From Desulfobacterales bacterium (lineage in GTDB: Bacteria > Desulfobacterota > Desulfobacteria > Desulfobacterales > SG8-13), in NCBI GenBank assembly GCA_037383965.1, contig JARROL010000013.1, positions 1 through 32,985 of the forward strand: a stretch of DNA of 32,985 nt, written 5' to 3'. Below the pieces are notes generated by a model that was not told the origin of the DNA, searched no databases, and saw only the letters and a list, made by a program, of their open reading frames with translations. Every line of letters begins with the position of its first letter. Position 1 is the first letter of the stretch. Made by a program: the position numbers and the translations under genes. Of the stretch, positions 19,331 through 32,985 are shown piece by piece.

Positions 19331-19603
19331 AATTAGTTGTTTGAAGCGCATCGGACTTTGCAACCTTGTGAACGGTTACAAAATTTGACTTATCCTCAGG
19401 TATTTTTTCACCAATGTAAAGACAATCTTGAGTGCAGGCCGTTTGTCGATCCGGCATTTCCCCCGGGCGGCAGATTGTGCGGTTTGCGATTGGTTGATTG
19501 CACCCCTCGCGAAAAATCCGGCAGAATCTGCGAGCCATTTCGTCGGGTGCCCTGGCGCCGATCCGGTCTGAGACAAGCGACCGGTATCCTACCCTTGGAA
19601 CGA

Positions 19604-21334
19604 TCACAGCAGGCGATGTTGCGGCAGGTACGGAAGGACACTGATAATCTCTCCCCTACGGATTGCCGCTTGGGCCCTCTGCCAGAATTCTACGTCAAAG
19701 AGGTCGGAATGGTGTTTCATAAAAACCTTCTGTAAATCGGGAGGCAGGCCCAGAAAGCGCGGGAACTCTTCGGGGAAGACGTCGTTTTCATCGACAAAAA
19801 ACCACGGGTCGCTCTCAAGCTCATCTTCAGTGGTGCGCGGTGGCGGCAGTTTTCTAAAATGACAGTCGGTCAGCGGACACAGCTCATCGTAGTCGTAGAA
19901 AACGACCCGCCGGTGGCGCGTCACCCCGAAATTCTTGAGCAGCATGTCACCCGGGAAAATATTGCTGACGGCCAGGTCTTTAATGGCATTGCCGTAGTCG
20001 ATGACCGCCGAAGCCGCTGCCGAGGTCTCGGCAGCCGGCAGATAAACGTCCAGGGGGGTGACCCGCCGTTCCACGTAGGCATGCCCGAGAATGACCTCGT
20101 CCTGAACGACCTCAACCGTGTCGGCAGCTTCCCGCAGCAGTTCATCGAGCAGTTCGTCAGAAAACCAGCATCGGTCGAACTTCAGGTATTCGAAAGCATG
20201 GGCTTCCACCAGTCGACCGGCGCGATCGTGCTTGAACACGAGATCGTATTTTTCCACCACGGCGCGACGCGTGGTGCTTTTCGGATTGCGGAATCGGTCC
20301 CGGATCAATTTGATCACCAGATCATCCTGCGCCATGTTGAAGACGATCATGACCATGCCGCGCTGGCCCGGAGAAAATTCGAACTGTTCATTGGTGCACT
20401 CTATGGTGTAACCGACGATGTCGCGGTAAAGTTCGGTCTTGCCATGCTTGTTGTACCCGATCGCTGTGTAGAGCTCGGCTGTACGCTTGTGCGGGATGAT
20501 GCTTTTGAGAAAATGTACCAGTTGGCAGGGTCTTTCGGTGCAGACGAAAAAATAGGAGCGCGTGAAAGAGAACAGAATGCTGAGACTGTCTTCGTCAAGA
20601 AGCACCGCATCGACAACGATGCCTTCCGGCGGGTGGTGCAGTGCGATTGCCAGCGGCAGGGTATCGGAAGCCGTGACGATGCGGCCGACAAGATAGGCTT
20701 CCTTATTGCGGAAGAAGATGCTGCCGACCATGTCGATCCGTTCGACAACGCAATCCGTTGCCCGGGCAGAAAGCAGAGATCGGATGCGACGCGCAACCGC
20801 AGTTGCCTGACCGGCGGGATCCCTGAATTTTGCGCCGAAACCGCAGTCTTCCAGGATGGCACGTATCGAATCGACCGGGTCTGCGTCCGGTGAATAACTG
20901 CGGCCCAACTCCGGGATCGACGGCGCAGGTGGTGTGTCGAAATCAGAATCGACAAATTCGATCCGCGGGTCGACACCGACCGTGGTAAATATACGTCGGG
21001 TGATGGAGTTGAAGAAGGTTTCCGCCAGCTCGCGATCATCCTGATGAAAGATACGACCGGAGTAGACCGCTTTCATGCCGGCCCAAGCCAGTTTGTCTTT
21101 GACGCGGTCTCCAAGCAGCCGCCGGATGATGTCCTCAATCGCATCCGCCGCCTGACGGTAGAGATCCAACCGTTTTATCGCATCGTCGTGGAGACCATGC
21201 CAGTCCCGGTCGAGGAAGCGCTCCGCGGCGCGACGGGTAATGTCCTTGAATGCGGAATGGAAAGTGTTGAACCTTTCGAGGATTGCCTGTGCCCCTAGAT
21301 TGGCCAGACGACTGTCGGAGAGGACTTGATTCAT
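19604..21334 (-). CDS. aceK: Isocitrate dehydrogenase kinase/phosphatase
   Basis: ELAETFFNS, FSFTRSYF, GYNKHGKT, PGQRGMVM, DRAGR, NIFPGDMLLKNFGVT..RVVFYDYDE. Start is ATG 21334 or TTG 21352. Confidence 0.95.
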   Translation of the reverse strand: MNQVLSDSRLANLGAQAILERFNTFHSAFKDITRRAAERFLDRDWHGLHDDAIKRLDLYRQAADAIEDIIRRLLGDRVKDKLAWAGMKAVYSGRIFHQDDRELAETFFNSITRRIFTTVGVDPRIEFVDSDFDTPPAPSIPELGRSYSPDADPVDSIRAILEDCGFGAKFRDPAGQATAVARRIRSLLSARATDCVVERIDMVGSIFFRNKEAYLVGRIVTASDTLPLAIALHHPPEGIVVDAVLLDEDSLSILFSFTRSYFFVCTERPCQLVHFLKSIIPHKRTAELYTAIGYNKHGKTELYRDIVGYTIECTNEQFEFSPGQRGMVMIVFNMAQDDLVIKLIRDRFRNPKSTTRRAVVEKYDLVFKHDRAGRLVEAHAFEYLKFDRCWFSDELLDELLREAADTVEVVQDEVILGHAYVERRVTPLDVYLPAAETSAAASAVIDYGNAIKDLAVSNIFPGDMLLKNFGVTRHRRVVFYDYDELCPLTDCHFRKLPPPRTTEDELESDPWFFVDENDVFPEEFPRFLGLPPDLQKVFMKHHSDLFDVEFWQRAQAAIRRGEIISVLPYLPQHRLL

Positions 21335-21345
21335 GCCGATTTCCG

Positions 21346-21759
21346 TCAACAAACGCCGTGTTCACCGCCGCACCCGCAATCACATCCACACTCGGCCGCC
21401 GCGGCCATTGCACTGATGATTTCGCGACCCTCGGCCGGAATGATGTTGTCGATACGCACCCTCAGATGGACTTCGGCCGTGTCATCCAGCACGGTCTCGA
21501 AAAGCGGTTGGAGGTGCCCGAACGTCCGGGCTAATTCACCGGGCCGGATGCTGACTTGGACCATGTCTCCTCTCGACTTATCGGCCAGGCCGTATTCAAA
21601 AGGGGTCAGGCCTGTGGTTCCCAGACCGTAGACGAATGTCACGGACTGCGGCCGGGCTGTGATGTCCATCCTGTCCACAGAGGTTCCTGCTTCGATCGTA
21701 AGTGTAATTTTCTTCAGGTTGTCGACCGTCGGTGATGCCGCGGTTTTTTGCATGTGCAT
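21346..21759 (-). CDS. Small SlyD/FKBP-like protein with Cys-rich tail
   Basis: FVYGLG..GLTPFEYGL.DK..GD...V and V.I.NI.PA..RE resemble the SlyD FKBP fold; tail ECGCDCGCGGEHGVC. AGGGGG before ATG 21759. Confidence 0.6.
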   Translation of the reverse strand: MHMQKTAASPTVDNLKKITLTIEAGTSVDRMDITARPQSVTFVYGLGTTGLTPFEYGLADKSRGDMVQVSIRPGELARTFGHLQPLFETVLDDTAEVHLRVRIDNIIPAEGREIISAMAAAAECGCDCGCGGEHGVC

Positions 21760-21794
21760 ACCCCCTGGATGAGCTGAAACCGTACCGAAATACG

Positions 21795-21818
21795 AAATAA
21801 AAATAGGGCGCTTGCCCT
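21795..21818 (-). terminator. Possible weak intrinsic terminator downstream of coaE
   Basis: Minus strand AGGGC-AAGC-GCCCT followed by ATTTTTATTT. Confidence 0.3.
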
Positions 21819-21895
21819 GCTTTGGCAACCGTTGATTTTTTCTTCTAGGAGCCGGATAAGCCCGGGCCTCGGTGTCCACCCACCGGTTCGTGTGG

Positions 21896-22507
21896 TTATG
21901 AGGGTCGGGACCTTCGCTGAAGATCTGCAAACACCTCAAATACCCGTGTGCGGGTGGCGGCTGGGGAGGCGCTGTTGTCGATGACAACCGTGGCGCGCAC
22001 CTTTTTCTCTTCGATCGGCATCTGTGAACGGATGCGGGATAGGCTTTCTGCTACAGTGAGCCGATCCCTGCGCATCAGACGCTTGAGCTGAACGGCCTCC
22101 GGAGTATACACCACAATGACGTCATCCAGTTCGTGGTCCATGCCCGCTTCGATCAGCAGCGGTACATCCAGAATGACGACAGCCTGCGGATGGACCCTTT
22201 CGATTGTTTTGAGCTGCCGCTCGGTTTCCGCAATAACGTGCGGGTGGACGATACGATCGAGATGCTCCTTCTGAACCGGGTCGTTGAAAATGATCGCACC
22301 GAGCTTTTTGCGGTCGATGTCGCCGTCCGGCAGCAAAACGCTTTTGCCGAAATGGGCCACGATCCGACACCAGGCCGGCCGGCCCTTTGCGACCACGTCC
22401 CGGGCAATTTCGTCCGCATCGATGACCACGGCCCCGGCTTCGGCGAAAACGGCGGCAACCGTCGACTTCCCGGTCCCGATACCGCCTGTCAGCCCCGCAA
22501 CAATCAT
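21896..22507 (-). CDS. coaE: Dephospho-CoA kinase
   Basis: GLTGGIGTGKST, IDAD, IDRKKLG..IF, VHP, DVPLLIE, RIRSQMP, IDN. GGAGG RBS before ATG 22507. Confidence 0.96.
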   Translation of the reverse strand: MIVAGLTGGIGTGKSTVAAVFAEAGAVVIDADEIARDVVAKGRPAWCRIVAHFGKSVLLPDGDIDRKKLGAIIFNDPVQKEHLDRIVHPHVIAETERQLKTIERVHPQAVVILDVPLLIEAGMDHELDDVIVVYTPEAVQLKRLMRRDRLTVAESLSRIRSQMPIEEKKVRATVVIDNSASPAATRTRVFEVFADLQRRSRPS

Positions 22508-22686
22508 CGGCCCTCCGCAATGAGTCGCTCGAGAACTATCTCGACTCCGCACGACCGATACTAACGATTCGGACCCAAAAGGACAACCCCTAATTGATCC
22601 GTCCGATTATCCTTGACAGTGGGCGGGCTTGTTTTTAGATAATCCCAACTGAAACAAAACGCTCACCGGTTTAAGGAGAATCGACG

Positions 22687-24297
22687 ATGCCTGAATTTAT
22701 CTATCAGGAGATGTTTCCGCTGGCTGAAGACACCACCGAATACCGACGGTTGACGACCGATCATGTCACCACCGCGATTTTCGACGGCGAGGCAATGCTG
22801 AAAATCACTCCGGTCGGGTTGACGTTGCTGGCCGAACGAGCATTCGCCGATGTGGCCCACCGGCTGCGACCATCTCACATGGCGTTGTTGAGAAAGATAC
22901 TGAATGACTCCGAAGCGTCGGACAACGACCGCTACGTGGCGTTGGAAATGATCAAGAATGCTGTGATATCAGCCGACGGCGTCTTTCCCATGTGTCAGGA
23001 TACCGGTACTGCGGTCATCATCGGAAAAAAAGGGCAACAGGTCTGGACCGGCGGCGATGATGAGCGGGCTCTTTCGGAGGGGGTATTCAATGCGTATACC
23101 CGCAACAACCTGCGCTATTCCCAGAACGCGCCGCTCAGCATGTACGAAGAGAAAAACACCGGCTGCAACCTGCCGGCCCAGATCGACCTTTACGCCGTTG
23201 CGGGAAAGGTTTACAAATTCCTGTTTATTGCCAAAGGCGGCGGTTCGGCCAACAAGACCTATCTCTATCAGGAAACCAAGGCGACGCTGACCCCGGAGAA
23301 ACTGGTCGATTTTCTGCATACCAGGATGAAGTCGCTCGGCACGGCTGCCTGTCCGCCTTACCACTTGGCTTTCGTGGTCGGCGGAACCTCGGCCGAGGCC
23401 AATTTGAAGACCGTCAAGCTGGCCTCAGCCGGTTACCTGGACGGTCTGCCATCAGCCGGCAACCCTGCCGGACATGCCTTTCGTGACGTGGCGCTCGAGG
23501 CGCAGCTGCTGCAATTGTCGCGCGAGCTGGGCATCGGGGCCCAGTTCGGCGGCAAATACTTCTGCCATGACGTGCGCGTCGTTCGCCTGCCGCGGCATGG
23601 TGCCTCTTGTCCCATCGGCCTGGGAGTCAGCTGCAGCGCCGACCGCAACATCAAGGCCAAGATAACCGATGAGGGGATATATCTCGAGCAGTTGGAGACG
23701 GATCCAGCGCAATACCTTCCGGAACCCGCCGCGGCTGTCGCCGATGCGGTGCGGATCGATCTGGACCGCTCCATGGACGAGATCCGGGCAGACTTGAGCC
23801 GCTACCCCGTGGCGACACGGCTGCTTCTGAACGGCAGGATCGTGGTGGCCCGGGATATCGCGCATGCGCGGCTGAACGAACGGCTTCAAAAAGGGGAGGG
23901 GCTGCCGCACTACGTAAAGGAGCGCATCATTTACTACGCCGGCCCGGCCAAGACGCCGCCGGGTCACGCTTCGGGCTCCTTCGGACCGACCACTGCCGGT
24001 CGCATGGATGCTTACGTGCCGGTGTTCCAGGAACAGGGGGCTTCCCTGGTGATGCTGGCCAAGGGCAATCGGTCCAAATCCGTGACGGAGGCCTGCAAGA
24101 AGTACGGTGGTTTCTACCTGGGCTCGATCGGGGGCCCTGCGGCCCGGTTGGGCAAAGAGTGTATCACCGCCGTCGAAGTTCTCGCCTATCCCGAGCTGGG
24201 CATGGAGGCCATTTATCAGATTACGGTCAAGGATTTCCCGGCCTTCATCATCGTGGACGACAAGGGGAACGATTTTTTCGAAAACCTGCTGCAATGA
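22687..24297 (+). CDS. fumA: Class I (Fe-S) fumarate hydratase, FumA/FumB type
   Basis: [47 protein letters not shown]; TTGACA at 22613. Confidence 0.95.
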   Translation: MPEFIYQEMFPLAEDTTEYRRLTTDHVTTAIFDGEAMLKITPVGLTLLAERAFADVAHRLRPSHMALLRKILNDSEASDNDRYVALEMIKNAVISADGVFPMCQDTGTAVIIGKKGQQVWTGGDDERALSEGVFNAYTRNNLRYSQNAPLSMYEEKNTGCNLPAQIDLYAVAGKVYKFLFIAKGGGSANKTYLYQETKATLTPEKLVDFLHTRMKSLGTAACPPYHLAFVVGGTSAEANLKTVKLASAGYLDGLPSAGNPAGHAFRDVALEAQLLQLSRELGIGAQFGGKYFCHDVRVVRLPRHGASCPIGLGVSCSADRNIKAKITDEGIYLEQLETDPAQYLPEPAAAVADAVRIDLDRSMDEIRADLSRYPVATRLLLNGRIVVARDIAHARLNERLQKGEGLPHYVKERIIYYAGPAKTPPGHASGSFGPTTAGRMDAYVPVFQEQGASLVMLAKGNRSKSVTEACKKYGGFYLGSIGGPAARLGKECITAVEVLAYPELGMEAIYQITVKDFPAFIIVDDKGNDFFENLLQ

Positions 24298-24395
24298 ATT
24301 AAAATTATTTAATGAGTTGTTTTTATAAACTATCCCTTTACAAATCAGGAGCCATTGGCCTAAACATGAAATTTTGAATCAAATCCTCCTGTTGA

Positions 24396-28007
<3,612 letters not shown>

Positions 28008-28043
28008 CGCAAGAACGCCTCTGAATCGTCATGGGAAAATCGC

Positions 28044-28074
28044 AAGAGCCGTTTGACGTCGTCAAACGGCTCTT
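28044..28074 (+). terminator. Perfect hairpin downstream of nifJ, probable terminator or stabiliser
   Basis: AAGAGCCGTTTGAC-GTC-GTCAAACGGCTCTT, 14-bp stem with no long U tract. Confidence 0.65.
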
Positions 28075-28192
28075 ACGTCCGGGTTTCTGAAAAGTGTAAT
28101 CGAGTCGAAGCTGTTTTTGTTTACTGCATTGCATCCCGCTGCATCCAGGAAGTGGTTGCTTTCATCGCAGTTCCTCACATACGTGCCACGAT

Positions 28193-28855
28193 TTGCGGAA
28201 ATCTAAAGTGGTCAGCCCAATAAAACGCCAAAATAACACATCGGTTCCGACCGCCATCTTTACCTGCCGACGCTGCGGCACCTGTTGCCGCAAGGGCGGT
28301 CCTGCTTTTCATCTCGCCGACCGCCCTCTGATCGAAAAAGGGACGATCCCGCTGCGGTACCTGTTTACCATCCGGAAAGGAGAGCGGGTCAAGGACCCCA
28401 TTCATGGAGTGGTCCAACCGGTGACCACAGAACTGATCAAGTTAAAGGGCAGCGCAAATACATGGACCTGCACCTTTTTTAATGAGCGGGATAGCAGTTG
28501 CCGGATTTACACCGAGCGCCCCTTGGAGTGCCGGCTGCTCAAGTGTTGGGATACGACTGACGTGGAGGAAATGACGGCAAGGGACTGCTTGACGCGGCGC
28601 CACCTCCTGGAAAGCGTGGCCGGGCTCTGGGACCTGGTGACGGAACACGAGGCGCGGTGCGGCTGCGAGAAACTCGCCGAGATGATGGCGCGATTAAAAA
28701 AAGAGCGGCAAAAGAGGACGGAGAAGGCCGTTGCCGAGATCCTCAACTACGATCGTCATTTGCGCCGGCTGGTGGTTGAAAAGAGCCGGATCGACCCGGA
28801 AATCCTCGATTTTCTCTTCGGCCGTCCGCTGGAAAAGATCATGGCGATGGTCTAA
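28193..28855 (+). CDS. YkgJ family cysteine cluster protein (start uncertain)
   Basis: CRRCGTCC, CTFF...CRIYTERPLECR. Confidence 0.85.
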   Translation: MRKSKVVSPIKRQNNTSVPTAIFTCRRCGTCCRKGGPAFHLADRPLIEKGTIPLRYLFTIRKGERVKDPIHGVVQPVTTELIKLKGSANTWTCTFFNERDSSCRIYTERPLECRLLKCWDTTDVEEMTARDCLTRRHLLESVAGLWDLVTEHEARCGCEKLAEMMARLKKERQKRTEKAVAEILNYDRHLRRLVVEKSRIDPEILDFLFGRPLEKIMAMV

Positions 28856-29116
28856 TCCGCGCCTTCAGCGGTTTCAATAAAATCACGGTTCAGTTTCCGA
28901 TAAGCTACATCGGTATCGATGGCATGTATCACTTTATCAAGTCGGTCGGCAAGTTGATCTTCTGCAGAAAGCCATTCTTGTCATTTCGAAACGAATGAAT
29001 AATATTTTTAAATAAAAGCAGTGGCTATTATCAAACCCGAACAAAATGACCAATCGTTATATTCAATCATTTCGGTAAATTAATAATTTAAGGTGCACAT
29101 TGAAAGGATGATCATC

Positions 29117-32100
29117 ATGCCAGATGATCTGGATAAGAAAAATCCCTTTATCAAACGGGTTAAAGTAATAAGTCTTATTATCACCGGATTGTTCTTGATT
29201 TACGTAATTGTTGGTTTTTGGGTCATTCCCCCTCTGCTCAAACCAAGACTGGAAGAGCAATTGTCCACTCTGCTTGGTCGCAAAGTCACCATCGAATCGA
29301 TCAAGCTCAATCCTCTGGTACTTTCCGCGACAACATCGAACCTGACTGTCTACGGAACTGAGGGAGAACCATTCGCCGGATTCGAAGAGCTTTTTGTCGA
29401 TGCACAGCTCATATCTATCCTAAATTGGGCATTAACCATCAAGGAGATTCGAATCCAATCACCTTTTGGGGTGCTGAAGCTATTGCCAGGCAACAAGCTG
29501 AACATCGACGACATCCTCGCAAAACTCAGTCAGCCAAAGTCAGAACCGGACCAGGAGGCCGGTTTACCGCGCGGTGTCATTGAAAAATTTCAACTAATAG
29601 AAGGTAAAGCGACCTTAGAAAATTTAACGGGAAAGGAGCCGATCCGGGAGGTCGTCGGCCCCATATCATTCACGCTTAAGAATTTAAGCACCTTAAAGGG
29701 TCGCCAGGGGGAATATCTGTTCGCCGGGAAGGGTCCCAGCGGTGAACGGTATGAAGTCAAAGGCCAGCTCACGGTCAATCCCGTTCGGGTTCAGGGAAGC
29801 TATCTCATGGCAGGCGTCCAACTCAGCCACTACTGGGAACATGTGGAGGATCTCTTGTCCTTTCAAATCACGAGGGGTACTGTGGGTGCATCCGGAAACT
29901 ACATGGTGGAAATCGCTGGCAGTCAGATCAATGCACGGCTGGGAAACGGCACCTTCGAACTCAAGGATTTTGAGCTGGTCGAAAAGGGTAAACAGGAAGT
30001 GCTGATTGCTTTACCCACCTTATCCGTCAAGGGCATTACTGCCGATTTGAATGACCGGGAAATCGTCTTCGACCGAATCCAAAGCGCCGATGCCGCAATT
30101 AAATCCAGGCTTTCGGCGGGTGGATCGATAGAACTGCAGCGTTTGTTACAACCAGACATAGAAAAATTGATGGCCTCAAAGGGGCCCGGTGCTCCTGAGG
30201 TTGAAACAAGTGAAACCCGCCCCTGGCAGGCAGCGGTCAATTCCATTGAGGTAAAAGACTGGGATTTTACACTAGATGACCTAACTGGGAAGGATCCGAT
30301 CCGTGAAAACTTTGCTCTAATTTCATTCACGGCAGAAAATCTGAGCACTAAGAAAGACCAAAAAGGGGTGATCGCACTCGTCGGCAAAGGGCCCAGCGGT
30401 GGGAAATACCAGCTGAATGGCCAGCTCACGGTCAACCCTGTCTGGGTTCAAGGAGGTTATTCCGTTACCGATGCCAAACTGAGCCATTTCTGGGAACATA
30501 TCAAGGATCACGTATCCTTTCAAATAATTAATGGTTCAACTGGCGCAACCGGTGATTTCACGGCGGCGATCGGTGATGGTGCGTTTAGCGCCAAGCTGGA
30601 GAACGGAACCTATGAACTCAGCAATTTCGAGCTAGTGGAAAAGGGCAAAAAAGATGTGTTGATTTCATTGCCCGTTCTCACCGTTGAGGGGATTGGCGCG
30701 GATTTGGGGACTCGTGAAATTAATGTCGAGATGATCCGAGCCGCTGATGCCAAAATTAAATCATGGCTATCAGCCGACGGAACGTTTGGATTGCAGAACC
30801 TCTTTCTGCCGGATCTCGAAAAACTGAGAGCGGAAAAAGCATCCGATGCAACCGAGCCTGAAACAGCTCCCGCTAAACAATGGCAGGTGACGCTAGAAAA
30901 AATGGAGGCGACCAACTGGGGCCTAGCCCTTGAAGATCGAACCTTGAAAAAACCGGCCCGAATGACCGTTGATGATCTCAACGTATCCGCCGAAAATTTT
31001 TCCACTAAAAAAGGCTCCCAGGCCAATGTCGGCATTGCCATGCAGATCAACCGATCGGGAAAGGTCAAGATCAATGGAACCGCAGGCATCGATCCTTTAG
31101 TGGTGGATGTGAATGCAGCCTCCGAAAAAATTGCCTTGATATCCTTTCAACCTTATGTCGATGAAGCAGTCAACGCGCAGATCGTCTCCGGTACTACCAG
31201 TTCCAAAGGCCGTATCCGATTTCGAGGCCAGGACGCCCGGCCACAGATCCGTTACACGGGGGAGTTCAGCATCGAAAACCTGGAAGTTAAGGATCGCGTT
31301 CACGCAGACGATTTTATCACCCTGGCACAATTCAAGACCGGCGGGATTGCCTTGGACCTGTCACCCAACAAATTGAACGCGTCTGAAGTTCTCATAGACC
31401 GACCTTATGCCAGGGTCACTATCGACCAGAACGGCAGCATAAATGTCGTCAATGCCTTCACGCCTGTTGAAAAAAAGGGGGAAAAAGGGAAAGAGAATCT
31501 GCTGCAGCGCCTGGTTAACTTTTTGATACTGCAATTCAAGGGGCCCATGCCGATGAATTTTAATCGTGTTCAGCTCAAGAATTTTAAGGGGGATTTCGTG
31601 GATTCGTCCATATCTCCAACCTATAGCACACACATGGAAATCACAGATGGCACCGTTAAAGGACTATCCTCCGATCCATCGGCCATGGCCGATATCAAAT
31701 TCGTCGGCAAAATCGATCAAACAGCCACCATCGCGGGAATCGGCCGGATGAACCCGTTAAATGCGCTGCGGTACAGCAAGGTTGACGTTTCGTTGAAGGA
31801 ATATGAGTTAAAACCCGTTTCGCCTTACTCGGCCAAGTTCATCGGTTACAAAATAGACAAAGGGACCCTGCATACGGAACTAAAATACACGGTGGAGGAT
31901 GACAAGGTAAATGGCAACAATATCATCCAAATTGACCACTTGGAGCTGGGCGAGAAAGTCGACAGTTCCGATGCACTCGACCTGCCCATTGAACTTGGTG
32001 TTTCACTTTTAAAAGACGCTAATGATCGCATCACACTCCAAGTGCCGGTGAAGGGTGACATCAAGGATCCGAAGTTCGATTTTAATGAAACCATTGTGAA

Positions 32101-32596
32101 TGCGCTTACAGGTACCATCACGAATGTTGCCAGCGCACCGTTTGCTGCCATATCGAAGCTCGGAGGTTTCAAGGGTGAAGAATTGCGTACGGTCGCATTT
32201 GATTTTGGATCGTCCGACTTGCAAGCCCATGAAATCGAAAAATTGAGTGCACTGGCAAAAATTTTAAAAGAAAATAAATCTCTTATACTGGGTGTTACTG
32301 GATCAGCGGACCGTCAGATGGACTGGGCCGCGATTTCAGGGGAATCTTCTGAGAAAATCCAGCCGGAAGATAATGTAATGTCTGAAAAAGACATTCGAGG
32401 GGGCCCCGCGGCCGGTCAACGTATCAATGAAGAAAAGCTGAAGCAGCTGGCTCACATGCGGGCTGAAATGGTACGCTCCTACTTAGTGGAGAAAGCAAAT
32501 GTCGAAGCCGGGCGCCTTCAAATAGAACCGGTCCAAATCAAACCCTCACCCGATGGGGAAAAAGGTCGTGTGGAATTGTCTTTGTCATTAAAGTAA
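29117..32596 (+). CDS. DUF748 (AsmA-like) envelope protein with C-terminal OmpA-like domain
   Basis: N-terminal TM (..YVIVGFWVIP), LGRKVTIESIKLNP, PYSAKFIGYKIDKG, LLKDANDRITLQVPVKGDIKDP, VAFDFGSSDL..LAHMRAEMVRSYL. GAAAGGA before ATG 29117. Confidence 0.88.
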   Translation: MPDDLDKKNPFIKRVKVISLIITGLFLIYVIVGFWVIPPLLKPRLEEQLSTLLGRKVTIESIKLNPLVLSATTSNLTVYGTEGEPFAGFEELFVDAQLISILNWALTIKEIRIQSPFGVLKLLPGNKLNIDDILAKLSQPKSEPDQEAGLPRGVIEKFQLIEGKATLENLTGKEPIREVVGPISFTLKNLSTLKGRQGEYLFAGKGPSGERYEVKGQLTVNPVRVQGSYLMAGVQLSHYWEHVEDLLSFQITRGTVGASGNYMVEIAGSQINARLGNGTFELKDFELVEKGKQEVLIALPTLSVKGITADLNDREIVFDRIQSADAAIKSRLSAGGSIELQRLLQPDIEKLMASKGPGAPEVETSETRPWQAAVNSIEVKDWDFTLDDLTGKDPIRENFALISFTAENLSTKKDQKGVIALVGKGPSGGKYQLNGQLTVNPVWVQGGYSVTDAKLSHFWEHIKDHVSFQIINGSTGATGDFTAAIGDGAFSAKLENGTYELSNFELVEKGKKDVLISLPVLTVEGIGADLGTREINVEMIRAADAKIKSWLSADGTFGLQNLFLPDLEKLRAEKASDATEPETAPAKQWQVTLEKMEATNWGLALEDRTLKKPARMTVDDLNVSAENFSTKKGSQANVGIAMQINRSGKVKINGTAGIDPLVVDVNAASEKIALISFQPYVDEAVNAQIVSGTTSSKGRIRFRGQDARPQIRYTGEFSIENLEVKDRVHADDFITLAQFKTGGIALDLSPNKLNASEVLIDRPYARVTIDQNGSINVVNAFTPVEKKGEKGKENLLQRLVNFLILQFKGPMPMNFNRVQLKNFKGDFVDSSISPTYSTHMEITDGTVKGLSSDPSAMADIKFVGKIDQTATIAGIGRMNPLNALRYSKVDVSLKEYELKPVSPYSAKFIGYKIDKGTLHTELKYTVEDDKVNGNNIIQIDHLELGEKVDSSDALDLPIELGVSLLKDANDRITLQVPVKGDIKDPKFDFNETIVNALTGTITNVASAPFAAISKLGGFKGEELRTVAFDFGSSDLQAHEIEKLSALAKILKENKSLILGVTGSADRQMDWAAISGESSEKIQPEDNVMSEKDIRGGPAAGQRINEEKLKQLAHMRAEMVRSYLVEKANVEAGRLQIEPVQIKPSPDGEKGRVELSLSLK
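29615..30928 (+). repeat. Intragenic tandem duplication, 2 x 657 bp (219 aa)
   Basis: LENLTGKEPIRE../LDDLTGKDPIRE..; GKGPSG, GQLTVNPV and FELVEKGK each occur twice. GGCCAGCTCACGGTCAA at 29762 and 30419 (offset 657). Confidence 0.9.
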
Positions 32597-32693
32597 AAAA
32601 ACATGCCTGCAGGATTCTGCCTGCAGTAAATGGAGGCCAATGTGTAGAGCGGTGCTGAAACAAACACAGCTCCCTATAAAAGGCGCGTTGCCG

Positions 32694-32984
32694 CTATTTC
32701 AAGTAATACCGCCAGTCGAAGGACATCCGCAGGCCCAGGGAATAGACAGGGTCCAGGTTCACTGATGGCGCACCGGGTGGATTCGTGACGTAATAGCCAT
32801 AGGGAAAGTCCACGCCGGCAAACAGCTGGAACACCACCTCCGAGCTCTGGTTGCTGGAAAACGCGCGATAGGGGCGGTACTCGAAGATCGGGATATCTAA
32901 AAAGAAGGACTTGTAGTTTACCACCCTGCCTGGTCCTCCCGGCAAAGCGGGCGGCGCCGCCAGTTCGTTATCCCCGAACAGTCC
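32694..32984 (-). CDS. C-terminal part of a hypothetical protein, possibly with an outer-membrane beta-barrel-like end (5'-partial)
   Basis: Frame open to the window edge; alternating beta-strand pattern ending YSLGLRMSFDWRYYLK. Confidence 0.6.
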   Translation of the reverse strand, partial: GLFGDNELAAPPALPGGPGRVVNYKSFFLDIPIFEYRPYRAFSSNQSSEVVFQLFAGVDFPYGYYVTNPPGAPSVNLDPVYSLGLRMSFDWRYYLK

Positions 32985-32985
32985 A

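Noticed and set aside
21765-21800. Hammerhead-like CTGGATGAG...GAAA
   Set aside because: The core is not CUGANGA and stems I and III cannot be formed.
21760-21987. Extended N-terminus of ORF 21346-21987
   Set aside because: Overlaps coaE out of frame; an RBS-like sequence supports ATG 21759 or 21753.
32604-32626. TGCCTGCAG direct repeat and CTGCAGG/CCTGCAG hairpin between convergent genes
   Set aside because: Could be a terminator, but the stem is short and the U tract is not adjacent; too weak to call.

Overview
GC-rich bacterial chromosomal segment. Gene content (PFOR, class I fumarase, DUF1786, DUF748, YkgJ, DUF4388 protein, folate-linked hut genes) suggests an anaerobic Desulfobacterota-like organism; this is inference. 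Order: 3' end of hutI and a cyclodeaminase; alpha/beta hydrolase; a minus-strand run with an MFS transporter, a lon gene split by an apparent ~25-codon deletion with frameshift, a sulfatase-like membrane protein, DUF1786 and a beta-CASP remnant; a DUF4388-TM-repeat-DUF1566 protein; orphan fliN and acuI/yhdH divergent from an apparently leaderless RHH-PilZ gene; coaE, a SlyD-like gene and aceK-aceB-aceA-acpH (glyoxylate shunt with its kinase switch) divergent from fumarase and PFOR; YkgJ; a DUF748 protein with a 219-aa tandem duplication; and a partial CDS at the right edge. No rRNA, tRNA, CRISPR array or transposase was seen. Best leads: (1) two palindromic intergenic elements with different arms but a shared GTTG...hairpin...GCGCCTT core, (2) the RHH-PilZ candidate c-di-GMP transcription factor with a palindrome inside its promoter, (3) the glyoxylate shunt plus AceK, coupled to acpH, in an anaerobic-type context, (4) the broken lon. 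All calls come from reading motifs by eye; no searches were run.
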